64,000 bases of DNA, from positions 102,602 to 166,601 of the forward strand of contig CAXBMO010000012.1 of NCBI GenBank assembly GCA_963977015.1. The letters are read 5' to 3'. Shown piece by piece: positions 10,161 to 17,646 of this stretch. The translations under genes and the position numbers were made by a program. Numbering within the stretch: the stretch's first letter is position 1; each line of letters opens with the position of its first letter. The notes under the pieces were generated by a model. That model did no database searches. It had not been told where the DNA came from and saw nothing but the letters and a program-made list of their open reading frames with translations. Origin of the DNA: an uncultured bacterium (GTDB lineage: Bacteria; Verrucomicrobiota; Verrucomicrobiia; Verrucomicrobiales; DEV007).

Positions 10161-11007
10161 ACAAGCCACCCCGCAGGACTATTACTACAACTACTGTTGG
10201 TGGCCGTATCAACCGCAGGCTCCGACTGATGGAAAGATTCGGGCATCAAGCCTGCTGTTTCATTCGTTTGCATTGACAGGCGTTTTTGCGCCAGCCCGGC
10301 AGATTTGCGAAACGATGCGCACCGAGATCGGCTGTTTTCGAACCGTGTATGGAGTAAAATGGGCCGAAGGAAAACTCTCCTGGGAATACTATCTCTATGA
10401 TTACAAACGGGAGAATCGTAACGTTTCGATGTCGCGAGTCTTTCAGGCCCTACAGCCTCATCTTGAATGTTCTGTTCCGTTCCCGGAAGATCGACCCTAT
10501 TTCATGTTCTCATTTGATCTTGATCCGGATCTCATGAAAACCACTCCGAGGGTCGACAAGGTCAATATGTACATCGGAAATCCGGGGAGTACGGTTTCAT
10601 CAGGAATCTCCTATGGATTAACGCCCGAAAAGACGGAGATGGAGAATCTCTACTTCTTTTTTGACGCGAGATCCCAGATGTCTGAGGTGCTTGAGAAGCT
10701 CAGGTGCTCCGCCTTTCATCGTGGCGATGATTTTGTGATCGAAAATGTACTACACAAGGAGCTTCGGAACTGCCACACCATTTGTCTCGCGAACAAGCGC
10801 AATCGCGATACGGTCTACTATTCAGGAGTGGGTGTACAGCAACTGCGCTGGTTTCTGGAAGCGTTCAACTATCCTGCCGAAATCACGGATTTCGTGGCGG
10901 CGCATCAACATCAGTTGGATCACCTTCTCTTTGACGTCGGCTTTGACTATCAGGTGGTTGATGGGCGGGCGAAGGCGGTCAAAAGTGGTTTCTACGCCGT
11001 TTTTTAA
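10147..11007 (+). CDS. Hypothetical protein, gene B of the unknown tandem pair
   Basis: I prefer ATG 10147, because the 10072 start in the ORF track overlaps gene A by ~90 nt. This start gives a 14-nt overlap with the gene A stop. Strand-end patterns: KLSWEYYLYDY, KVNMYIG, ENLYFFFD, DTVYYSG, LFDVGFDYQVVDGRAKAVKSGFYAVF. Confidence 0.6.
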   Translation: MDIVEQATPQDYYYNYCWWPYQPQAPTDGKIRASSLLFHSFALTGVFAPARQICETMRTEIGCFRTVYGVKWAEGKLSWEYYLYDYKRENRNVSMSRVFQALQPHLECSVPFPEDRPYFMFSFDLDPDLMKTTPRVDKVNMYIGNPGSTVSSGISYGLTPEKTEMENLYFFFDARSQMSEVLEKLRCSAFHRGDDFVIENVLHKELRNCHTICLANKRNRDTVYYSGVGVQQLRWFLEAFNYPAEITDFVAAHQHQLDHLLFDVGFDYQVVDGRAKAVKSGFYAVF

Positions 11008-12527
11008 AGAGGAGGGCGGTGGATCGTTTCCAGCAGTTCCCGGTGAGTGGGGAGCGAATCGGCCAACGATTGATGACGCTGCCGAATTTGATCGAAGATC
11101 GGCAGGACTTTCTCGAAGTTGGAAACATCAGCGCGAGTCGCGTGACGACGGGGAAGCTGGTCTGCGGCGGCGAAGAGAGAATACCACGTTGCGTCAGGAG
11201 CGAAGTCGCTCAAATGAGGTTCAATCCTTCCGTTCTCCAGATAGGTTTGCAGGCCCTGGTCCAGCGTGCTGGAAAGGGGCGCCTTTCGGCACTGTTCCCA
11301 GACGGCGCCTGGTCGGCGGCTCAAGCGATAGTGTGCCTGGGCAAAGTCGCGTGCCGCCTGGTAGGACTTTCCAACCATCTCATTGTATTGGGAAGAGAGC
11401 GTGGGATTGAATTCGCGGTCCGGAAAATAATCCAGCAGGAGGCCAAGACTTCGTTGTAACAACGAAACAGGAGGGCTGAGCAAGGGATCGATAAAACCGG
11501 CAGCGCTTCCGAGTGACACGCAATTGGCAGACCAAAACCGGGTTCGCCGACCGTTCTTATATTGGAAATGGATCGGCTCAGCACTTCGCCCCTTGATGGA
11601 GAAGTCCTGACTGACGTTCTCATGAAGAGCGGCAAACGTCTGGTCCGGCAGAGTGTGCTGGCTGGAGGTAAGGGATCCCCATTGAAGGCGATGACTGAGC
11701 GGCAACTTCCAGTCCCAACCCTCGTTGGTGGCCATGACGGTGGTAAAAGGAGGTGACTGCTCGTCGCGAGGCAACCGCAGAAAGACGGCCTGATCCAGAG
11801 GAAGGGCGTCGGACCAACTTTGCCAGGGATCTCCCAACGCTTTCTCAATCAAGGTGCCGGATGAACCTGTGCAATCGAGATACAGATCGGCGGTGAAGGT
11901 CCGGCCTTGAGAGGTTTGGACGCTTTCGATTGAGCCATTAGCTCGCAGAGTCGGCTCGACAACACTGTCAAAGACTTGCTCAACGCCTTCTCCAATGGCG
12001 AGGGTGGTGAGGAAGTTTTTGAAGGCGGTGACGTCGACGTGATAGGAGATGGCTCCGGATTGGATGACCGGTGACTCTCCTTGAAAGGGCCGCGGTGCCT
12101 TGGATTGTTCACAAAGCAGCGCGTGGAGCGAGTAGTCGGTATAGTTGCCTTTCGATTGGCCGCAATGCAGGGCTTTGAGCCAAAATTGAAAGAGGTCGAG
12201 CCCATCGATGGAACTATTGAGTCCTCCGATAGGCTCCCAGAATCGGGAACCGTCCTGGACCCAGTTTTGGAACTGGGTTGCGACCTTGTAGGTGGCGTTG
12301 GATTGGCGCATGAAATGCGCCTCATCCAATCGCATGGCGAAAAGATACTGAAGGAGCGGCGCGGAAGAGCAGACTTCATCCGGATCAGGCTCGACGGAGT
12401 CAAGCAGGGTGATCTGGCAGCCTGTTTTCCCCAGCGTACGATTCAAGTACGCCGCCGACATCCAGCCGGTCAGGCCGCCACCGGCGATCAGGATCTTTTC
12501 TATCCGGCCTGAAGTTTGCGTGGGCAA
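11004..12527 (-). CDS. Flavin-dependent (tryptophan-type) halogenase
   Basis: N-terminal GxGxxG (ILIAGGGLTGW), halogenase WxWxIP motif (GWDWKLPL) and a PrnA/RebH-like length. A TTG start lies 12 nt after the upstream stop. Its stop overlaps the stop of convergent gene B (TTAA at 11004-11007). Confidence 0.8.
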   Translation of the reverse strand: MPTQTSGRIEKILIAGGGLTGWMSAAYLNRTLGKTGCQITLLDSVEPDPDEVCSSAPLLQYLFAMRLDEAHFMRQSNATYKVATQFQNWVQDGSRFWEPIGGLNSSIDGLDLFQFWLKALHCGQSKGNYTDYSLHALLCEQSKAPRPFQGESPVIQSGAISYHVDVTAFKNFLTTLAIGEGVEQVFDSVVEPTLRANGSIESVQTSQGRTFTADLYLDCTGSSGTLIEKALGDPWQSWSDALPLDQAVFLRLPRDEQSPPFTTVMATNEGWDWKLPLSHRLQWGSLTSSQHTLPDQTFAALHENVSQDFSIKGRSAEPIHFQYKNGRRTRFWSANCVSLGSAAGFIDPLLSPPVSLLQRSLGLLLDYFPDREFNPTLSSQYNEMVGKSYQAARDFAQAHYRLSRRPGAVWEQCRKAPLSSTLDQGLQTYLENGRIEPHLSDFAPDATWYSLFAAADQLPRRHATRADVSNFEKVLPIFDQIRQRHQSLADSLPTHRELLETIHRPPL

Positions 12528-12538
12528 AGGCAGCGGTC

Positions 12539-12865
12539 CTATTCAGTCGCGGCGGGTTCCGCACTTTCCGAGCCACCAGCTCCTTTGCTGATCTGGCGCA
12601 GTACTCCGGCAAGGGTGTTTACCAGATTGGCGGCGCTACTCGGAGTCATCGCAATTCGTGATTGGATGGGCAGAACGTGATTGTTGCTGGACTGATCTGA
12701 AATGATTCCCGTCGAAAAATCGAGGATGATTTGGTCGCGTCCACTGTTGACGATGACCTGATTGGCAAAAACGGCAGAGGTTTCCTCATAAAGAATACGG
12801 ACATTTGGTTTTCCGTGTTGTTCGAGTTGAACTGGATCAGTAGCAGGCGTGGTTGAATCACTCAT
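12539..12865 (-). CDS. DUF3467-like small protein (paralog 2)
   Basis: ATG start. The core VRILYEETSAVFANQVIVNSGRDQIILDFSTG...VLPIQSRIAMTPSSAANLVNTL matches my memory of the DUF3467 pattern (YAN..v....EfiLDF ... R+imsP..ak.L...L). It is a clear paralog of the upstream gene. Confidence 0.65.
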   Translation of the reverse strand: MSDSTTPATDPVQLEQHGKPNVRILYEETSAVFANQVIVNSGRDQIILDFSTGIISDQSSNNHVLPIQSRIAMTPSSAANLVNTLAGVLRQISKGAGGSESAEPAATE

Positions 12866-12912
12866 AATTGAATATAATAGAGAATATAATAAGGGAGTGT
12901 GATGGTAGATTG

Positions 12913-13293
12913 TTATTCCGTTTCAGAAGACGGTGGAGACAGAATTTGATGAAGGGTAGTAATAAGATTTTGAGCCGTCTGTGGAGTCATGGCTACGCGT
13001 TCCTGGATCGGAAGAATATGACTACCGGAACCATGATCGGAAATTAACCCGGTTGAAAAATCCAGGATGATCTGTCCCCCTCCGGCGTTGGCGATAAAAC
13101 GATTGGCAAAGAGCGCGGATGTCTTCTCATAGAGAATGCGGACATCCGGTTTGCTGTGTTGCTCCAGAACCGGTGGCTCGGCGATGGTTTCTGAAACGAC
13201 TTCACTGGTTGCTTCGGGCAACTCTGGAGTGGCTTCGATGGCGACTTCTGGTTCCTTCTTCGGCTTAGGGGCCGTCTTTTTCCTTCCAAACAT
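12913..13293 (-). CDS. DUF3467-like small protein (paralog 1)
   Basis: Core VRILYEKTSALFANRFIANAGGGQIILDFSTG...ILPIQERVAMTPQTAQNLITTL. The first ATG is at 13293 (MFGRKKTAPKPKK...). The ORF track extends to a GTG at 13404, so the start is uncertain. Confidence 0.6.
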   Translation of the reverse strand: MFGRKKTAPKPKKEPEVAIEATPELPEATSEVVSETIAEPPVLEQHSKPDVRILYEKTSALFANRFIANAGGGQIILDFSTGLISDHGSGSHILPIQERVAMTPQTAQNLITTLHQILSPPSSETE

Positions 13294-13515
13294 GGGTCCA
13301 AGGTCAATGGCTGAGTAACATGGGCCAACAGCTTTGGCGAAGCGCAAGCTACTTTGTCGTTTTGTTAGGATTGTAGCTTTGGCGCACTGGTCGTCAAGCT
13401 TCACAATGGGATCTTTGTGGGCTTATTTGGCATCAATCCTTTGTTGCTTGTTTAAATATTATGAATATTATGCAAAAATTAACTAATTGGATGAAGTCCG
13501 CTTCATTCTGTTTTC

Positions 13516-15384
13516 ATGAGTACCACTTCCCTTCCCGCCGAATCCCATCTTCAGGCGTTGGGTGCATCCAATGCCCAACCGCAGGATTGGTCTGCTGAAA
13601 TTCAGTCGATCCTGGGACTTGGAAGTGATGATGAGTTTCTTGCCGCCGTCGTGTCGCTGGTGGCAAGTGTGACGAAAGCCGGTGGGAGTTTTCTGTTTGT
13701 TCCCAACGGTCCGGAGGGGCGGCCCCAGTGTGCCGTGAGCCGGATGTTGACCGGCGTAAGCCTTGAGTTGTTGAACTCCGAGCGGGTTCAGGGCGGGATT
13801 TCTCAAACGATTCGAGATGGAAAGATTACGCAGATCGAAGTCGTCAATCACGGGAAGCCTTCGGTGTGGATCAATGTTCCGAGCCCAAGTCTCTCTACCG
13901 GCCGGTGGAGTTTGTCGGCATTGGTGGAGAATACCGATCGATCCCGGTTGGAGGACGCCACTTCGCTTTTGCAGATGGTGACGCTTTTGCTGGATCAACG
14001 AAGGCGCTTGGGAAATACAGGAAAGCTGAAGGCCGGATTCAGCCAGGCCACTCTGTTTCTGGAGCTTTTGTGCCGGACCGGAACGGATGTGGAGTTGGAG
14101 CGCTCGGTGGCGACCCTCGCCAATGACCTGAAGGGGTTTGTCGACTGCCATCAGGTTGCCATTGGAATTGGGAACCGCCGAAGCTGCCGCGCCAGCGCAA
14201 TTTCAGGAGCGGGTCGATTCGATCGCCGTGCGCAACCGGCCATCCATCTTCGCGCCTTCATGGAGGAGGCGATCGGAGTGGATTCGGCAATCTGTTGGCC
14301 CTATACCAAAGATCTGCCCCGAGAGGTGATGGTGAGTGGAAATCACGATCGGTTGCTGGAGGTTCTGGACATCAAGTTTGCGATGGCGATTCCCCTCAAG
14401 ACGGAAGAGGGCGATACCGTCGGGGCCGTGGTGTTTCTCGATCAGGCAGGGAGTTCATCACTGGTTCGACGTTGGGAACTTCTTCAGGCAATGTCGCCTC
14501 ACGTCGCCGCCGTGACGCGGTTGATGGCGTCCAGTAAACCGCGCGGAAAATGGGCCGTGATCCGGCGGAAACTGAAAGAGAAATCCGGCGCGAAACGGTT
14601 GGTGATCGGGTTGTTGGTTGCCGCCTCGATGGCAGCCATGTGGATACCCGTTCCCTATTCCATTTCAGCAAGATGCCAGTTGGAACCTGTGGTGACCCGG
14701 CAGATTGCGGCTCCCTTTGACGGGGTGCTGGCTCGTCCCGAAGTGAAGCCTGGCGCGATGGTGGTGGAAGGCCAGTTGCTCGCAACGTTGGACGGAAAAG
14801 AGATTGGCTGGAGGCTGGCCGAAGCGGTGTCGAAACATGACATTGCCTTGAAACGCCGGGCCCAGGGAATTGCCAACGATGATATTCAATCCGCTCAATT
14901 GGCGGATCTGGAGGTGAAGGCCAAGGCTCTTGAAGTCAAGATCTTGCGGCATCATCAGCTGAACCTTGAGGTCCTTGCCCCGATTGACGGCATGGTCCTC
15001 AGTGGCGATCTCAAGCAATCAGAGGGGGTGCCCGTTTCGAAGGGTCAACAGCTGTTCGAAATCGCAAAAATTGACCAGTTGCGGGTGGAGATCGGGGTCC
15101 CCGATTCCGAGGTCAGTCACATCCGTACCGGGATGAAGGTAAATCTCCGACTGGACTCCCAAGTGCAAAGTCATCTGGAGACGGAGGTGGACTCCATCAG
15201 CCCCGCCTCGACCGCAAAAGACAATCGCAATGTGTTCGTCTGTCATGCCTCAATCGGGAATGAAGCGGGATTGTTGCGACCTGGAATGCAGGGAAAGGCG
15301 AGGATCTGGTCCGATCATCGGAAGTTGGGCTGGATAGTCTTCCATAAACCCTGGGAAACGATTCGGCGCTACCTTTGGTTCTAA
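13516..15384 (+). CDS. HlyD-family membrane fusion protein with ~330-aa cytoplasmic GAF-like N-domain
   Basis: The N-domain ends in a GAF-like pattern (AMAIPLKTEEGDTVGAVVFLDQ). A single TM segment (LVIGLLVAASMAAMWIPV) follows, then a biotin-lipoyl-like hairpin (GAMVVEGQLLATLD), a coiled coil, and a beta-barrel (LAPIDGMVLSGDL..GVPVSKGQQLFEIA). Confidence 0.7.
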   Translation: MSTTSLPAESHLQALGASNAQPQDWSAEIQSILGLGSDDEFLAAVVSLVASVTKAGGSFLFVPNGPEGRPQCAVSRMLTGVSLELLNSERVQGGISQTIRDGKITQIEVVNHGKPSVWINVPSPSLSTGRWSLSALVENTDRSRLEDATSLLQMVTLLLDQRRRLGNTGKLKAGFSQATLFLELLCRTGTDVELERSVATLANDLKGFVDCHQVAIGIGNRRSCRASAISGAGRFDRRAQPAIHLRAFMEEAIGVDSAICWPYTKDLPREVMVSGNHDRLLEVLDIKFAMAIPLKTEEGDTVGAVVFLDQAGSSSLVRRWELLQAMSPHVAAVTRLMASSKPRGKWAVIRRKLKEKSGAKRLVIGLLVAASMAAMWIPVPYSISARCQLEPVVTRQIAAPFDGVLARPEVKPGAMVVEGQLLATLDGKEIGWRLAEAVSKHDIALKRRAQGIANDDIQSAQLADLEVKAKALEVKILRHHQLNLEVLAPIDGMVLSGDLKQSEGVPVSKGQQLFEIAKIDQLRVEIGVPDSEVSHIRTGMKVNLRLDSQVQSHLETEVDSISPASTAKDNRNVFVCHASIGNEAGLLRPGMQGKARIWSDHRKLGWIVFHKPWETIRRYLWF

Positions 15385-15392
15385 GCAAAGCA

Positions 15393-17633
15393 ATGACCAC
15401 GGGAAAACCAGATTATGCCGTTCGAGATTGGATCGCGTCGAAACCCAGAATTCGGGACCAGGTTCGGTTTCATTATCAGGACGACAACGGAACGGCCATT
15501 TACGTTTTAGAGGATCTCGTCAATCGCAGTTATATCCAGATTGGAGTTCCGGAATACCGATTTCTCCGTGGGCTTGATGGCAGCCGAACGGTGGCGCAAC
15601 TGCTTTCCAGCAGCGCCGGGAAACAGGGTGAGGAGGGATTGAGCGAGGACGATGTTTCCAGTTTGTTGCGGTGGCTTCTTGATCAACAGCTCCTCGAACC
15701 TGAAGACGGTGAGCAGGGCGAACGCAGGTTTCTTCATCACGAAAGCCAGTCCTCTCCGCAACGAGGGAGCCCTCTCATGAAGCTGTTGTTTTGGAGGATC
15801 TCGCTGGGGAGTCCTGATCGATTTTTCCATGCGTTAAACCGACTTTTTGGCTGGTTCTTTTCGCTTCCTGCCATGCTGGTCTGGTTGGGGACGATTGGCT
15901 ACGCAGCGTACCTGGCGTCGACCCATTGGCGGGCGTTGGTGGATGCCGGGTCCAGGGCAGTCTTGCCGGGCAACTGGCTTTCTCTCATTTTGGTCTACGT
16001 GGTCCTGAAGGTGTTTCATGAGTTTGGTCATGGCATCGCGACGAAGCGGTTTCGCGGGGTTGTTCCGGAATGGGGAGTTCAACTGATCGCGTTTGTGACT
16101 CCGTTGACGTATGTGGATGCAACCGCCAGTTGGGCGTTTCGCTCACGTCGGAAACGTCTGATCGTCGCGTTCGCGGGAATCTACGTGGAACTGTTTCTCG
16201 CTGCGATTGCGCTCTTTGTCTGGAGTCGAACGGATCCCGGAACCGTGCAAACCATGGCGGCCAATATCGCGATAGCGGCGTCGTCGATTACCCTCTTGTT
16301 TAATGCGAATCCGTTGATGCGTTTTGACGGATATTATATGCTCAGTGATCTGTTGGGTCTTCGCAATCTGGCTCCGCGGGGACAACAGTTGATGCAGTGG
16401 TTGGGGCGCAAAGTGTTTTTCGGGGCGAAAGGGCCGATGCCTCGTGGTACCCGCCGCCAGACCGGGATTCTCTTTTTCTACGGTTCCCTTGCCGCAATGT
16501 GGCGGGTTCTCATCTTTGTCGGGATCATGGCGTTGGTTAGTCAGATGTTCCAGGGCGCCGGTCTGCTGTTGGTGGGAATTGGAATCCTCATCGGCGTTGC
16601 GACGCTTCTTTATTCGTTGATCAAGCTCCTGATTGAGGATCATGCCACGTTCCTGAGAGCGGCGGTGAGGATGGTTGTGATTTTGGGGCTGGCCGGATGC
16701 GCCCTTTGGGTGGTTCAGGTTAGCCCTGCGCCGACCGCTCTGGCGTTGGTTGAATTTCCAGACAAGGCGATTCTTCGTGCCGAGGCACCCGGATTCGTTT
16801 CTCAGGTGCTCTGTCAAGATGGAGATCGCGTGGCCAAGGGAGACCTGCTGGCCATTCTGGAAAACGAGGAAGAAAAAGGATTGCTGGAGCAGTTGGAGTT
16901 GGATCTGAAACGCTCTCGACAGCAAGCGCTCCAGTATTTGGATCAGGAACAGGTATCCTCTTATCAAGCTGAATTGGACGTGCAAATGGGGTTGGAGGAG
17001 CGGTTGTCCACGCAGCGGCAGAGAGTTGCGTCCCTCGAGTTTCGTTCGCCCATAGCGGGAATTGTTCGCGAGGCGAAACTGGATTCAAAACCCGGGCGAT
17101 ATTTGCGGACCGGCGAACGCTTTCTGTCGGTATATCCGGACGTGGCACCTCAGTTGCTGATCTCAGCCCGGCAAGATGATGCCGAGGCGTTGGGAGAGAC
17201 CGCGCCGCGGATTCGTTGCAGACTTCGAGGCCGCCCCAATGAGATGGTCGCCGTCATTCATCGAATCGAAAAGCGGGCAACGGTCGCGGTTCCACACTGG
17301 GCCCTGGCCGCGAGTTCGGGAGGTCCCCTTCCGGTTCGAGAGGTTTCTCAAGGGAATGAGAAGGAACAGGGGCTTGCGGCGAAGGCGTCAGGCAGTGAGG
17401 CCCTCAATCACTTTCGTGGAGTGCGCCCGGAAATGGAAGGGATGTCTCAAGAACTTTCTCGTCCCCGGATGGTCGCTTATGCAACGCTGGAATCCGTTCA
17501 GGAAGCCATGGCGCTTCGAGAAGGTGAGTGGGGCCACGCGAAGCTCACGCACGGAAATCGCGAGCGTCTGGGGAGTTGGATCTATCGGAAGACGTTCAAC
17601 TATCTGCGAAGCCGATTCGAACAGCGTATCTGA
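15393..17633 (+). CDS. Fusion protein: PqqD/RRE-like N-domain, M50 (site-2 protease family) zinc metalloprotease, and HlyD-type adaptor
   Basis: PqqD-like segment VRFHYQDDNGTAIYVLEDLVNRSYIQIGVPEYRFLRGLDGSRTVAQLL. HEFGH at nt 16017-16031 and NANPLMRFDGYY (M50 NxxPxxxxDG motif) lie within a polytopic region. The C-terminal part is HlyD-like (VLCQDGDRVAKGDLLAILEN, coiled coil, FRSPIAGIVREAKL). ATG 15393 is 8 nt after the upstream stop. Confidence 0.8.
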   Translation: MTTGKPDYAVRDWIASKPRIRDQVRFHYQDDNGTAIYVLEDLVNRSYIQIGVPEYRFLRGLDGSRTVAQLLSSSAGKQGEEGLSEDDVSSLLRWLLDQQLLEPEDGEQGERRFLHHESQSSPQRGSPLMKLLFWRISLGSPDRFFHALNRLFGWFFSLPAMLVWLGTIGYAAYLASTHWRALVDAGSRAVLPGNWLSLILVYVVLKVFHEFGHGIATKRFRGVVPEWGVQLIAFVTPLTYVDATASWAFRSRRKRLIVAFAGIYVELFLAAIALFVWSRTDPGTVQTMAANIAIAASSITLLFNANPLMRFDGYYMLSDLLGLRNLAPRGQQLMQWLGRKVFFGAKGPMPRGTRRQTGILFFYGSLAAMWRVLIFVGIMALVSQMFQGAGLLLVGIGILIGVATLLYSLIKLLIEDHATFLRAAVRMVVILGLAGCALWVVQVSPAPTALALVEFPDKAILRAEAPGFVSQVLCQDGDRVAKGDLLAILENEEEKGLLEQLELDLKRSRQQALQYLDQEQVSSYQAELDVQMGLEERLSTQRQRVASLEFRSPIAGIVREAKLDSKPGRYLRTGERFLSVYPDVAPQLLISARQDDAEALGETAPRIRCRLRGRPNEMVAVIHRIEKRATVAVPHWALAASSGGPLPVREVSQGNEKEQGLAAKASGSEALNHFRGVRPEMEGMSQELSRPRMVAYATLESVQEAMALREGEWGHAKLTHGNRERLGSWIYRKTFNYLRSRFEQRI

Positions 17634-17646
17634 TCCCTTTTTGCCG

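Noticed and set aside
12539-13293. DUF3467-like proteins as direct substrates of the Trp-type halogenase
   Set aside because: Neither protein contains Trp, and the divergent C-terminal tails have no aromatic or Cys residues. A precursor role is therefore kept only as a low-probability alternative in the findings.
17176-17646. N-terminal extension of the SecA-like ORF given by the ORF track
   Set aside because: It overlaps the 3' end of the M50-HlyD gene in another frame. SecA homology begins after ATG 17647, which lies 13 nt past the upstream stop.
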